Assembly: GCF_001194135.2 (NCBI RefSeq) | Contig: NC_068986.1 | Coordinates: 71,417,833 to 71,465,458, forward strand | DNA: 47,626 nt | Origin: Octopus bimaculoides | Taxonomy: Eukaryota | Direction: 5' to 3' | Part shown: piece by piece, positions 35,893 through 47,626 of the stretch | Layout: each line of letters opens with the position of its first letter | Numbering within the stretch: the stretch's first letter is position 1 | Translations under genes and position numbers: made by a program | The notes under the pieces: generated by a model | Told to the model about the DNA's origin: nothing | What the model saw: only the letters and a program-made list of their open reading frames with translations | Database searches by the model: none

Positions 35893-37036
35893 ACACGCAC
35901 ACACACATATGACTGCTCCGCTTTTCTGAATGCTAGAGTACTTTTTGAAGAGAGAGTAAATCAAGAAATCAATAGTGATCAACCAAAACAACGCAATAAT
36001 ATTTATAGACATCCTATTTCTTCTAACTGAAATATGCATACATTATGTAACAAATTCTCTGAATGGCTACATTTCCTGAAATAAATATTAATACAGCTTA
36101 AGTACCACCTCCATGTAAGGATATTGTATCCCCTTAGTTGTGTCTCTTTGGTCTTATTCAAACTACTACTGCTGCATTGGCGGAAGAACTAATTTTCTAT
36201 TTTATGAAGTAATCTATGTTAGTGGAATCGACTTAAACGATTTTCAATTAAGAAATTTCAATAGAAGTTCACGCTAGTAGGAATAGGAAACTAATAGAAC
36301 TGTTGTGAATTGATAAATTTGGAATCTACTGAGAAGTAGTGATATCACAAAGCATTTAGATAAAAATAAGCAGCTGTTGGGTTTGCGTAAAAACTTAATC
36401 AATATATATTCAGAAATGTAGATAGAAAGAGAAAGAGAAAGAACGAAAAAGAAAAGGAAAAAAAGCAGTAGGAGATAGAGAGATTATAAATAATTTATTA
36501 GCGTAATACGTTCCTGTTTTGTATATAATCAGGTGCAGTTAAAATAGACAGTTAAAAGTAACGAAATAAAATGAAGAGCTTGTTGATCGGTAAAAACGTC
36601 TTTAATGTCTTTCTTTCACTGTCTGATTTTGGACAAATATGAGAAGAGTATTAGAATGGCGTAGGAAATAAAAAGACGAAATAAATTCAAAGGAAAATCT
36701 ATTAAAGAAAGAAGTAATGCCTATAAAAACGTTTAAATAGGGAAGAATATTATTCTTTCAGAACTTCCCAATAAACATTACAACAAACACATATGCAGAT
36801 ATATAGTATATATGTGATGTCTTCTAATATACATACATACATACATGCATACATACACATACATACATATACATATATATATATATATATATACATACAT
36901 ACATACACACGTGTATATATATACATACATGTAGATATACGCATACGTATATGACATTGTCGAACTCTCATTCATTGAATACTGAGAACCAAACTGGAGC
37001 AGTCATCTTACACATTTTTTTATATATATTATAGAA

Positions 37037-37072
<36 letters not shown>

Positions 37073-37244
37073 TAGAAGTATATATTATATATATATATAT
37101 ATTATAGAAGTAGATAGATGTATAGATACATGTACATACATATATATATATACATTATATATACATATTTATATATACATACATATCTATCTATCTATTT
37201 ATCTGTATACACACACACACTCAATCACACACGCGCGCGCATAG

Positions 37245-37297
<53 letters not shown>

Positions 37298-37481
37298 TGT
37301 ATGTATGTGTTTGTTGGCAGTGACTTCGAATTTCAGCTTACTAGTCATGATCATGTTTTTTTTTAGGTATCAAGTTCGGCAAGTAAGCTGATTGTTCAGA
37401 GATGTCAATCTTTCACATGTAAAAATTAATTAATATACATGTACTCCTTATAAAAGTCTGGATTAATCCCAAAATGTTATG

Positions 37482-37530
<49 letters not shown>

Positions 37531-37639
37531 TGTCCACCCATACATCTGGATTGACATTGGGGAAACAGAAAGATGTACACGCACACAGACACAGACACAG
37601 ACACACGCCCCCCCCGCACACACATGCAACTTGCACAGG

Positions 37640-37900
37640 TCGTTCCGTGTAGTTTAGAAGTTCACGAGTTGAATGCCACTGCCTGGTACTTTGGCAAAGT
37701 GTCTGTAACTATACTTCACTTATGAGTAAATTTGCTAGTCGGAACTATTGTCAAATACTGTCATCTGTGTGTGTGTGCGGGGTGGGGTGGCATTGAACAA
37801 CAAGTGTTGATTTGCTTACACCCCCATAAGCTAGCGATTCAGAAAAAAAGAACCCGACAGAATACGTGCCAAACTTAAGATGAATACTTGAGTCAGTAGT
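37640..37900 (+). mobile_element. Old SINE family B copy
   Basis: CCACTGCCTGGTACTTTGGCAAAGTGTCT...TTGAACAACAAGTGTTG...CGACAGAATACGT. Confidence 0.6.
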
Positions 37901-38039
37901 TAGGATACCAAAAAGGAATGTCCTCACAGAATGTAGTATTTGGATAGGTAAAATCTTGCGCAGTATCCTGACCGCAAGGCTGTAGTTACTGAATGTTTTT
38001 ATTCTAATATATTATACAACACTGAAATTCAAACAGCCT

Positions 38040-38900
38040 TTGAGTTAACTTGTCCAGATTATGTAAAAGCTTTTGTAATGTTATGAGATAACAATGAAAG
38101 TACTACGTTTCTATTGTTTGCCCGAGAAAAATGTTAAATAGGAGCAAGACAGCGAAGAAATACATACCAAGTAAGCATACACGGTCAAATCTCAAATTTG
38201 TTAGGAGCGGATTGTTGCAAGAAGGTGTTATGCCGCCTCTCTTCTTTATTGATTTAATAAACGATGACACGAAAGAAACTTTCGGAGATGAAACTAAAGG
38301 AATTGAATAGGTTTACAGAAAGTATGTGGCGGATTTGGATTATGCTGATGACATTATTTTGCTTACTTGGGAAACATCAAAGATACAAATATGATGATAC
38401 AAAGTCGATGAAAAAGTCAGACGTGGATTTACAGATTAATGTTAATAAAACGAAAGTTGTAAGGACTGACCAAGTAGACAGAGGAATGGAGTTGTCATTG
38501 AATGGTAATACAATAACATAATAGAAGAGACAAATAAATTTAAATATGTTAGAACTTTTATAGAATGTCATAGTTCTTTAGAAGCAGAATATAATGTAAG
38601 ATTTAAGTAATTATTAGCAATGAAAATGCTTTCAAATACATACAAATCACTTAGGTCGGTGATTTACACGAAAATTAAGCTGTTTGCGTCATTTGTTGGT
38701 GCTTTAATATATAGAAGAAAATCATGGCCTAATCAGTTGAAAATTAGCTAAATGTTTTGGAGCCTTTGAAAAGATATCGTTACGAAGCATTTTTGGATCA
38801 AGTGGTATGAATTAGTAGGAAATGAATTGGTTCGACGATAACTAGAATGCCATTTTTGATAAAGAAATAATTGTTTGTAACAGAAGCACAAGACCGAAAT
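38040..38900 (+). mobile_element. Degenerate RTE-clade LINE RT fragment
   Basis: VRSGLLQEGVMPPLFF (GVRQG-like), DLDYADDI (about 38332-38355), QINVNKTKV. Confidence 0.75.
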
Positions 38901-40579
38901 TTGGTCGATTATATCTATCCCAGAGTTTAAATGGTACTTTATTTTATCGAACTGGGAAGGGTTAGAAACAAAGTTGATAACAGCAGGAGTTGAACTCAAA
39001 ACTTAGTGATGCAACGAAGTGCTCTGAATACGAAGAAATAATGAAGAATGAATTAGGAAAGCAGAGCTACGCGCTACAGACCAAAAGCAATAACACCTTG
39101 GCCTACTTGGCTTTGAACAATGTAGAGAGAAAGAAGAGGTCACAAACAAGTGGACGTTGTTACAGAGGCACAGAGTAAGCAAGTTTAGTAAGAATGTGTG
39201 AAGGCCCTTTGCATTAATTGGTGTTGGAGGCAGTAAGTCTAACAGTAACACGCTAAATTATTCAGTGACTCTATTCGCATGAAAAACACTAGGTAATTTA
39301 GTATTAACATATTTAATGCATGATGCATAGATAATTAGCTCCAAATAATCATACATAACTCACATTATTTTTCATTTGCATTAACTCGATAGCTCACACT
39401 CATAGTTCAAAACCTTTCTCAAAATAAGTACTTCAATTACATTTTTTTATAGATTCACAGTATTAACACAATCGATTTTTTAAAGTTAGTTATGCAGCAA
39501 AAAGTCCGTCTCTGTAGGCTTTCACTACAATGGCATCAATACAGTAAACTACAGACATTTGTTGTTGTAGACTGTATACAAAACTATTATTTCCTTTGAA
39601 TGTGAAAGAGAAATTGAAGTTATTGAACTGCACATCTCTAATCGCAGTCGCTTACAATCCGACTATCCAAGCGATTATCTCTCTAATCTGATGAGCGCAT
39701 TCTTATGTCATAAATAGTAAGCAGATGAGATGATTATTTAATCAAAATTGAAGTATCAAATCTCCCCAACCCAGTTTTCTGATATTAGACTTATTTTAAA
39801 CAGATGGAATTATTTCTATAGTTTAAACATGAGGCTGTAAATATACTTGTTTATTTTCACTATTTATTATGTAGCTGGGGAAGAGAAATGTTGTGGTGTT
39901 GGAGCTAATCCAAATACGATAGATGGTTTCGAATCCATATTGTAAATATTTCACTTTGTATCGATTGACAAAATATTTGACGTCACACTAACTTATTTCT
40001 TCCCATTCTGTATCTGAGGCCTTGTGTTTCCGCAAAAATAAACCAATAACATAATACAATAAAAAAAGTAATTATAAAATTATGTTACCTACAGTTTAAA
40101 ATGGGAGAAAATACAGAGCGTGGCTAAATAATATATAACATTTTAGAGACTGCAGAACATGAAGTTAACTACTAGCTAATCGGAACAGTCTTCCCACTTC
40201 GATTCTTCGTTAACACGGACATTAACATATATTGCAAACAAAGCCATTTACCTATTTTCCTTAAATATAAGAATTGTGTAATGAAATATTGATTTTAAAA
40301 AATCAATATTACATTACTTTCAATTATGTGACCTTTGTGCCTCATAAAATGTTGTCTATAGCTTCATTTTAGCTCTAGACGGCTCTTATCAATTTCAGAA
40401 TGTATGTATCTAGGACCATATTATCCAGTGTCTACTCTATTTTTTAACGATGGTGCGGTATAAGCTGAGAGTCATTTCGCATTTTGAGCGACTACCTACA
40501 TGCTCTCTCGGATCTTAAAAGTAACCCGTATTCTGTTGTAATGACGTGAGCAAAAACTCAGAAGCTCTTTACGTAAATT

Positions 40580-40755
40580 TCTGATGGCAACGCTTCTAAC
40601 TTTTACGCGCTTTTTATGTTCTGAGTTCAAGTATCACCGACGTAATCTTTTTGGGGTCGATGAAATAAAGTACCAGGGAAGTACTGGAGTAGATGTAACA
40701 GACTAATCCCCTCTAAAACCCCTAGTCTTGTGCTAAAATTTAAAACAATTATCCT
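40580..40755 (+). mobile_element. Old SINE family A copy
   Basis: TTCTGAGTTCAAG...GGGGTCGATGAAATAAAGTACCAG...CTTGTGCTAAAATTT. Confidence 0.65.
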
Positions 40756-43700
40756 TTTATATTACAGAAAATAATTCATTATTTTGGAATTTCATGTAAA
40801 TTCTCAGTTTCATTTCAACAAGAAATGTTTCGAAAGACAGCATAAATGGGGAGAATACTGGAGATTAAAAGGTTCTTTTTTATGCAAAACTATCTTTCGC
40901 AAAACTTTCTATTTTATGCAAAACTATCTTTATGTAAAACTATCTATCTTTCGTTTAAGGTTATTTCTTCGGTAAATTATTACGCTGTGGCGAGATGAGA
41001 AATGTTACATGTCGGGACTAACCTTTTGTCTGAGAGAAAAAAAAATTGTAAAATTCAGACAATAGGTCAGTACTGAAATATATTCCACTTGCTGCTATGT
41101 CACGTAAATTTCTTTAAACGCACGAAATTTTACGACGCACATCACCATCAGCTTTCCCTGAATCAATTGTTTTTCATGTGTTAGTTTTTCCACAATATTT
41201 TAACTCTAATTTATTGTAAGGCAATCAAGCAGAATATCTTTTTCTCGTTATTGTTCTCTTCTCATTTTAATTTTAAGCACAATGTGACACAATTTAGGGA
41301 ACTGGAACACATGTTTATACGGAACCTGGAATTTGATTAGTACTTATCTATCTCGTGAGCACGAAAGGTAGTATCAGTTTTGGTTTAGGATGCTGGGACA
41401 CCACGGAATACACAAAGTATTTTGATCACGTAAGAGGAGTATAATTAATTCATTATATTAATTTTATGTATCTTTGATTTGAGTATCTTACTGAACTGAT
41501 TGCCATTGGGTACCTTTTTTCGTATACAATTTCTCCTTAAGACGTGTTTTGTGAAATGATGTTCTTCAGAATTATTTATATTATTATTTTTTTTTTAGAA
41601 AATTTTTTCTATAATATGGTCGTTTGAATTTCATAATTTATTAACTTGTTTACCGAAGCATATATTTTTGGAATTAAATACATCAAATTTGATTGAACCA
41701 CGCTTCGGTTATCTTATAGAAGTGTGCTTATCAAGTTTCTACTTACCCTGTCTATCGGCTTGTAAATACTCTCGTGTGAAATAATATATAAAAATGACGT
41801 TATTGTTTTTAAATGTTACAAGCAATTATTAGAACTGATTTAACACCTCAGATAGATTTAGAATATATCAATATATTTGTGGATAAATTGTATATTCTAT
41901 ATACGTTCATAATATATCAAAAACCCATTATTACTCCCCAAACCCATTTTATCATTGAATATCAGCTTTTTTTTTTTACATATCACTAAAGTGCTGGGTT
42001 ACCATTTAATAGTCCACGCATGATAGAATATAAGTATGAAAGGAATTAATCCCGCATATAACTTTCCAAATAGCGTTTGCAAAATTTCGATTTTAAAGAT
42101 TATGAAATGATGATGATGATGACGATATGTGTGTGTGTGTGTGAATTGAAAATCAGTATGAGATTTTGCAATTACTGCAACTCGTGTCGATGTTTGCATG
42201 ATTGCTATGAATCGGCACGTCCAGTTCAATTATTGGTACTTTTATTTTCCGACTACAGAAGAAATGATCCATCGATGCATTAAGTTTTACGGGAGGTTCT
42301 CGTTTTTTCATTTCGTGTGTGCATTATATCATTCGTTGTGCTACAATCACTACACTCATACTTGCACAAGTAGAAAGCACTTAAGGGTAAAATAGTCATC
42401 ACTAAGACGCCCGGTTATTAAGTCTGTCTATGATTTTCTGTATTCTTCGACTGAGGGTATGACGATAAACTCACCTTTAGCAGTATTATTTATTTGATTC
42501 TTGGTTCAGCAATTTCACATATATTGCCCACCCTCGGAAGTGAGTTCTTAATGTAATCAATAGCCAAGTAAAGCGTTGTAATCTTTTGAGGTAAAACTCG
42601 AAAATAATGTTGCCACTGGCCAATCAAAGGCCAGCTGGTTTTACAGGATATGATACTGTTTTTTATTAAAAAAAGAACCCAAACAATATATATATACTAG
42701 GAAATATGTAAATAGATAATATGAATACCAACAGAAATTCTTTTTCATGCTCATTATCGTTTGCTTTTTTGTCATTGCTTTAAGACGTGCATGCCTATCT
42801 CTTAGCACTCAGAAATCTACCTTGCGTATGGTAGCTATCGAATTCTTTTTCTCTCAATAATGCAAGCTAACGAAACAGTTAAACAGTTTCTTCCTTGCAA
42901 ATAGCTAAGTGTAAATAGGAAATATGAGAGATAAGTATCTTGACATTAGAGACATTACACAAGTAGTGAAGTCTTGAACTGGCAATTCGCCTCCGTATCG
43001 ACTGGACCAGCTGAAACATAATACCGTTAACGCAGAAAGATGCAACTGTAATGGTCGATAGGGAATGATTATAATTACCTAATTGCTATAAATGTCTTGA
43101 TTGAAAGACAGATTCGCAAAAGTAAAATGACCTATACTGATTGTCGGGGAATATCATTTTGTTGAAATTATTTCAGTTAGGTAATCATAGAAAGGAAATG
43201 TGAATTGCACAAATTTCAGAAAATGAAAAATGAGAAAACAAAGCACAAAATATATAATTACGATCATTTTTGGTTGGGCACAAGACCAGATTTATAAAGA
43301 AGAGTTAACAGTCGCTTGAACCAGTTCCAACATCTCTTTTATGCTTATTTCTTCAGAATACGCGTAAAGAAACTTGCGTTGTGGGATTTGAAATATGAGA
43401 CTAGCTAAATAATACAACACATCTGGATGATCTAATTGAATTTACACAGGTCTGAAGTCTTTAATCACCGATAAGAATACGGAATGTTCAAATGCTAATG
43501 AGGTCTCCTACTCTCTTCACTTCTTTTCTGCGTTAAGTTGAACCCTTTATCCAATATGTCAAACAAGGTCGAACTCAGTTACAAATTCTAAAGGAAGAGA
43601 ATCTACTGTTTTGCATTTAGATGACAATAAGTTTTATACTGCAGATGATGAATAACTAGAAAATATTGTTGCAGACGGTGCATAGATTCACAAGGGGAAT

Positions 43701-44120
43701 TATTAAGAAATTCTGTCGAGAAAAATGGGCTAAAGCAACATTGAATTGGGGACAATGAATAAATACTTCTCATGTAAATATAAAGAAAGAAATGGGTTAA
43801 AGAGAATTAAACTAATCAAAGATAGTTACTTAAGGATTAAGTGGACTAGAGTTAAACACAGGCACTGATACATTAAGTTGTTTCAGTTATAAATCAAGGT
43901 TTCGTTAAATGAAAGAGCAAGATTAGACAAAACATGAAATATAAAGGCCTTGTTTGGAATATACAATCCCAATTCGAGGCAAATATTAATAGAGGAGAAT
44001 AAGGATCTTCTGTTTTCACACACATCTGCATTTAGACAGAAAGAAAATATATAAATATTTAGTAAAGAATACCTGGAAACAAAGCAGAAGAAAATATGCT
44101 CTCATTCTCGAGGAAAGCTA

Positions 44121-44151
<31 letters not shown>

Positions 44152-44289
44152 TTATTGGCTAAACTGGCAATATGACCATCCCCAAGTACAACAACATATA
44201 TATATATATATATATANNNNNNNNNNNNNNNNNNNNNNNNNNNNNNNNNNNNNNNNNNNNNNNNNNNNNNNNNNNNNNNCAAAAAAGGA

Positions 44290-45750
44290 TAAAACTCTTT
44301 TACAAGAATTTTATCAAGAAGCCAGTGTGTAAAAAAATTCATAAGGGAAATTTCTATTCCCAAGAATATAATTATTCGTTTATATTTATATAAAGGGCAT
44401 TATTACAGAAAAATAATAACGCCACACAGTGGACTTCTCAAAATAACCACATTTAGTACCTAATGCGAGGAGAAAACAACCAACAGAAGATTACCAACTT
44501 TCTTTTAAATAGACTTAACTGTGTATCGACCGATTTCGCGATTACTAGAATGAATCTAGATTACGTTCATCAGCACAATATTGTCCCCAAAATATATATA
44601 AATAAACAGAATTCTCACCTCACCAAAAACGAACAACTATGTATCCGACAGGGTAAAGGGATACGTAGTTGTCTCATGAGACAAATGATATCAATAAATA
44701 AGCAAAGAAACAAGTCGGCAATGTGATTCAACTAAACGAAGTAACTCAAACGTCTGAATGAGAAAATATCACTAGTACACACAAAACATTTGAAAAAATT
44801 TTCTAGAGTATCTACAAGTAATACTTCTTTTGGTTATTGAATGATAGGGAGGATATTATACATAGAATACAGGACACCACCGCCGTTCACCTTAAAAGGG
44901 AAAAGTTTCTACTCGGTCGTTCGACCTGCTAGATATAGTAATCAATTCTACCACAGATCCTACCTTATTATTTTCAAAAACGAAGGACACACTGGATAGT
45001 GTAGTCAATAAAATACATATGGGTTGATCAAAGCTGAAACATATGGTGTGGATCAAAGCTGGAACATATCTGCTTAATCAAGACTAACGCGGGGCTAAAC
45101 AACAGCTACACACAATAACCTGCATATCAGTATCATACAAAATATTTATATCAATATTCTTTATCAACATGTATGCGCACCAATAAAAAAATATTACCAG
45201 GGAAGAAGAAATGTTGTGGGATGGGATATATAAATGTAAAGGACGGCTTCTCATTGATAGAAGGAAAAAGATAACACAGACGTGGAATATTCATAGACAA
45301 TAGTTTGATTGCATTCCTAATATTTGAACATTGAAAGCGCTTCAAATTAATGATGTACTTCCAAACTTGAAGAGATACGTTAATGCTATAGAATATTTGA
45401 CAGCAAAAGTAATGCAACACAAAAAAAAGACCTAAAATAAAATAACTACAAATGCATTCCTCATAAGAAGAGAATTTCCATTGATATCTATCGGCCCTAC
45501 ATTTGTTTGTCTAACATTGACACCTGTAACAGATATATTGAAACGAACTTCAGGCAACTACATCTGCAATAAGAAAACCAATAAATCATTTCTCTTTGTA
45601 TAGATAGCTTGAAACTGAATGCAAAGAATGCCAACCAACCTGGCTCCTTACTTCAAACAGGCTATGAATCAATTAAAGACTACCGCATGTAACTTGAAAA
45701 GTGTTGCAGAACTATGAGACTAAAAATTAACAGAAATACTCTAAATAGAT
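44290..45750 (+). mobile_element. Highly degenerate R4/Dong-like RT fragment, interrupted at about 44880-45130 by a short repeat
   Basis: YRPIS, KNEQLCIRQGKGIRSC, IRREFPLISIGP (IFQGDSLSP-like), INHFSLCIDSLKLNAKN (INHLxYMDDLKLFAK-like). Confidence 0.5.
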
Positions 45751-45999
45751 AAAAATCTACAAATCTGTATGAGGACAATAATATATATAAATTCTTATGT
45801 GTAAATATAGTGAGCAATATACAACATACATAACTTATGTTAAATCAATATAATATGCGAATGAAATTATTTTATCATTTAGTCATGCGGGAAGGCAGAA
45901 CTATGAACTTTTGCAATCTCTGAAACTGAAACTGGTGGAAAGGAAGGAGTAAGATATTTTCATACCAGAGATCTACGCGAATACTTGCAACTGTGTGGA

Positions 46000-46165
46000 C
46001 TTCACTAAAGGTACTGAAAATGCCAGGTAGTTGTATCAAACCAGGCGCGATGAATTAGCTCTACCTCTCAAATAAGCCATGGTGGTATTTGAACTCAGAG
46101 CGTTGGAGCAAATATCATGAGACATTCTCTCCACCTCTCTATCGATTCTACCACATTACCACCTA
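46000..46165 (-). mobile_element. Old SINE family A copy
   Basis: GGTATTTGAACTCAGAGCGT...CGATTCTACCACATTACCACC is the reverse complement of head and B-box. Confidence 0.55.
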
Positions 46166-46324
46166 AATAATACCACACAAAATTGGAGTACGAAATTAGT
46201 ATCAGTCACAGAAATAGCTTCAGATGCGAATAAATAAAATAAACGAATAGATAGTTCAATGATTTCCTACATTTTTGTTGTAATACATAGAAATTTAAGT
46301 TGAGAAAGCAAAAAATGTTTAGGT

Positions 46325-46620
46325 ACTGATTTGTAAGTACCCCACTGACCACATATGAATTTTCGTCACCTCAGCATTAACCACACCCATATTGTAGAAC
46401 AAAAGTGACTCCAGATTGTTACTCTTATGCTGTGCTGGTCTCGTATTGCGACATCACTCAGTGGGCAGATGTGTATTGCTCTATCTCTGCTTGTTACCTC
46501 GCCCTCACTTTTGAAAACGTGGCAGATACTTCCATATATCCTACCATATTCGCAGGTAACCTCATCTCCCTGGTCTCGTACGGAACTTCCATAATTATCT
46601 CCTGAGGACACAGTGAATGA
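46325..46620 (-). pseudogene. Frameshifted RPA-like OB-fold reading frame (uncertain)
   Basis: IYGSICHVFKSEGEVTSRD...SDVAIRDQHSIRVTIW, then VVNAEVTKIHMWSVGYLQIST in a shifted frame. Confidence 0.3.
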
Positions 46621-47525
46621 CCTCTACTTTTCGCGTGGTAAACGTATGTCACTTGTATCCTTCACCATTCTTCGTTAAATTCTTCTAGCAACGAAGCACA
46701 TTAATGTTTGACAATCTCTTTTCTGACTCACTATTGGGCGACACATTCTTTTGTGATATTTTGTGACACTTTATTTTTGCTACACGTTATTTTGTAACAC
46801 TTTATTTTTGTCATACATTATTTTGTAACTCTCTCGTGACGCTGTTTCGCGACACTATTTTGTGACACAATTTCGCGACATACTCTTTCGTGATACATCA
46901 TTATGTGACAACATTTTATTTCACTCGTCACCAAACCGTTTTACGAACAGGATTCTATTCTATCCAAGCCAAAGATTTCTCTTGACAGATAAGGCTTGCA
47001 TATGTGCTTTCATTTCCGTTAATGGTTTCTTGTGACGAAGTGTCCGTGTTGTTTTCGTTTGCTTTGTTAGTTGCCTATTCACTACGAATTTTGAAAGAAA
47101 TATTTACATATATTTTGTTAAAATCATTATTTTCCCCCGTATGTATCTATTTGTTCAACATCATTCACTTTTTCTTATTTTTTCGGTGTTTTATTTTCTT
47201 AAATCGTGTTAATACATTTTCACGAATTTCTATATAGATGGCGTTCAATGCCTGCACTATTAACGTTAGCACCTTCATACATGAAGAAATGCTGAAGTAG
47301 AAATAAATGAATATCAAAATATAAAACAAGTTAAAATGCCCGAAGACAAACGTTATTTTACTACAAGGCAAAAGGTGCACACTCAAACTTCCAAAGTCTT
47401 CTACTCATAAATTTATCCTAATATACAATCATACAATCATACTAAACCCAGTTCTTCAAGTTGTCTTGTTCAACTCAAAGTACAATTATAATAATTAGCA
47501 TACCTGTCCCGCCAAAATTAGCAGG

Positions 47526-47626
<101 letters not shown>

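Larger units (their letters stand above)
4580..44279. other. 12 assembly gaps (about 4.3 kb of N)
   Basis: N runs at about 4580, 5297, 10615, 12432, 20128, 23147, 25996, 29894, 31095, 33945, 34943 and 44217; most abut microsatellites. Confidence 0.98.

Noticed and set aside
39875-40460. Plus-strand exon candidates GEEKCCGVGANPNTIDGFESI (39875-39941) and CMYLGPYYPVSTLFFNDG (from 40399)
   Set aside because: Good acceptors but weak donors, and they are not phase-compatible with each other.
640-46165. tRNA genes suggested by A/B-box motifs
   Set aside because: All are SINE heads continuing into SINE bodies; no complete cloverleaf seen.

Overview
AT-rich, microsatellite-dense animal genomic DNA with about 4.3 kb of N gaps. 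The window starts and ends in (TG)n. The dominant tRNA-headed SINE families are ones I recognise as typical of Octopus/coleoid assemblies (recognition, not a search result). Most of the window is decayed mobile DNA: about 20 SINE copies; fragments of CR1-group, Tx1/L1, RTE and R4/Dong-like LINEs; Penelope-like elements (PLE, GIY-YIG); a mariner; a MULE; and a Tigger-like MITE. No long intact ORF exists, and most ORF-track entries are translations of microsatellites or N runs. Best host-gene evidence: three minus-strand, splice-phase-compatible candidate exons (14412-14696, 11887-11963, 3137-3318) with weak resemblance to an iGluR/LIVBP-type amino-terminal domain. Most unusual signals: several hammerhead-ribozyme-like cores in PLE-derived repeats; a 54-bp PLE RT-motif fragment inserted with an 11-bp duplication into another LINE; a SINE dimer inside one TSD pair; long fold-back repeats; and a degenerate RPA-like OB-fold reading frame near the right end. 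All family calls are by-eye motif recognition.
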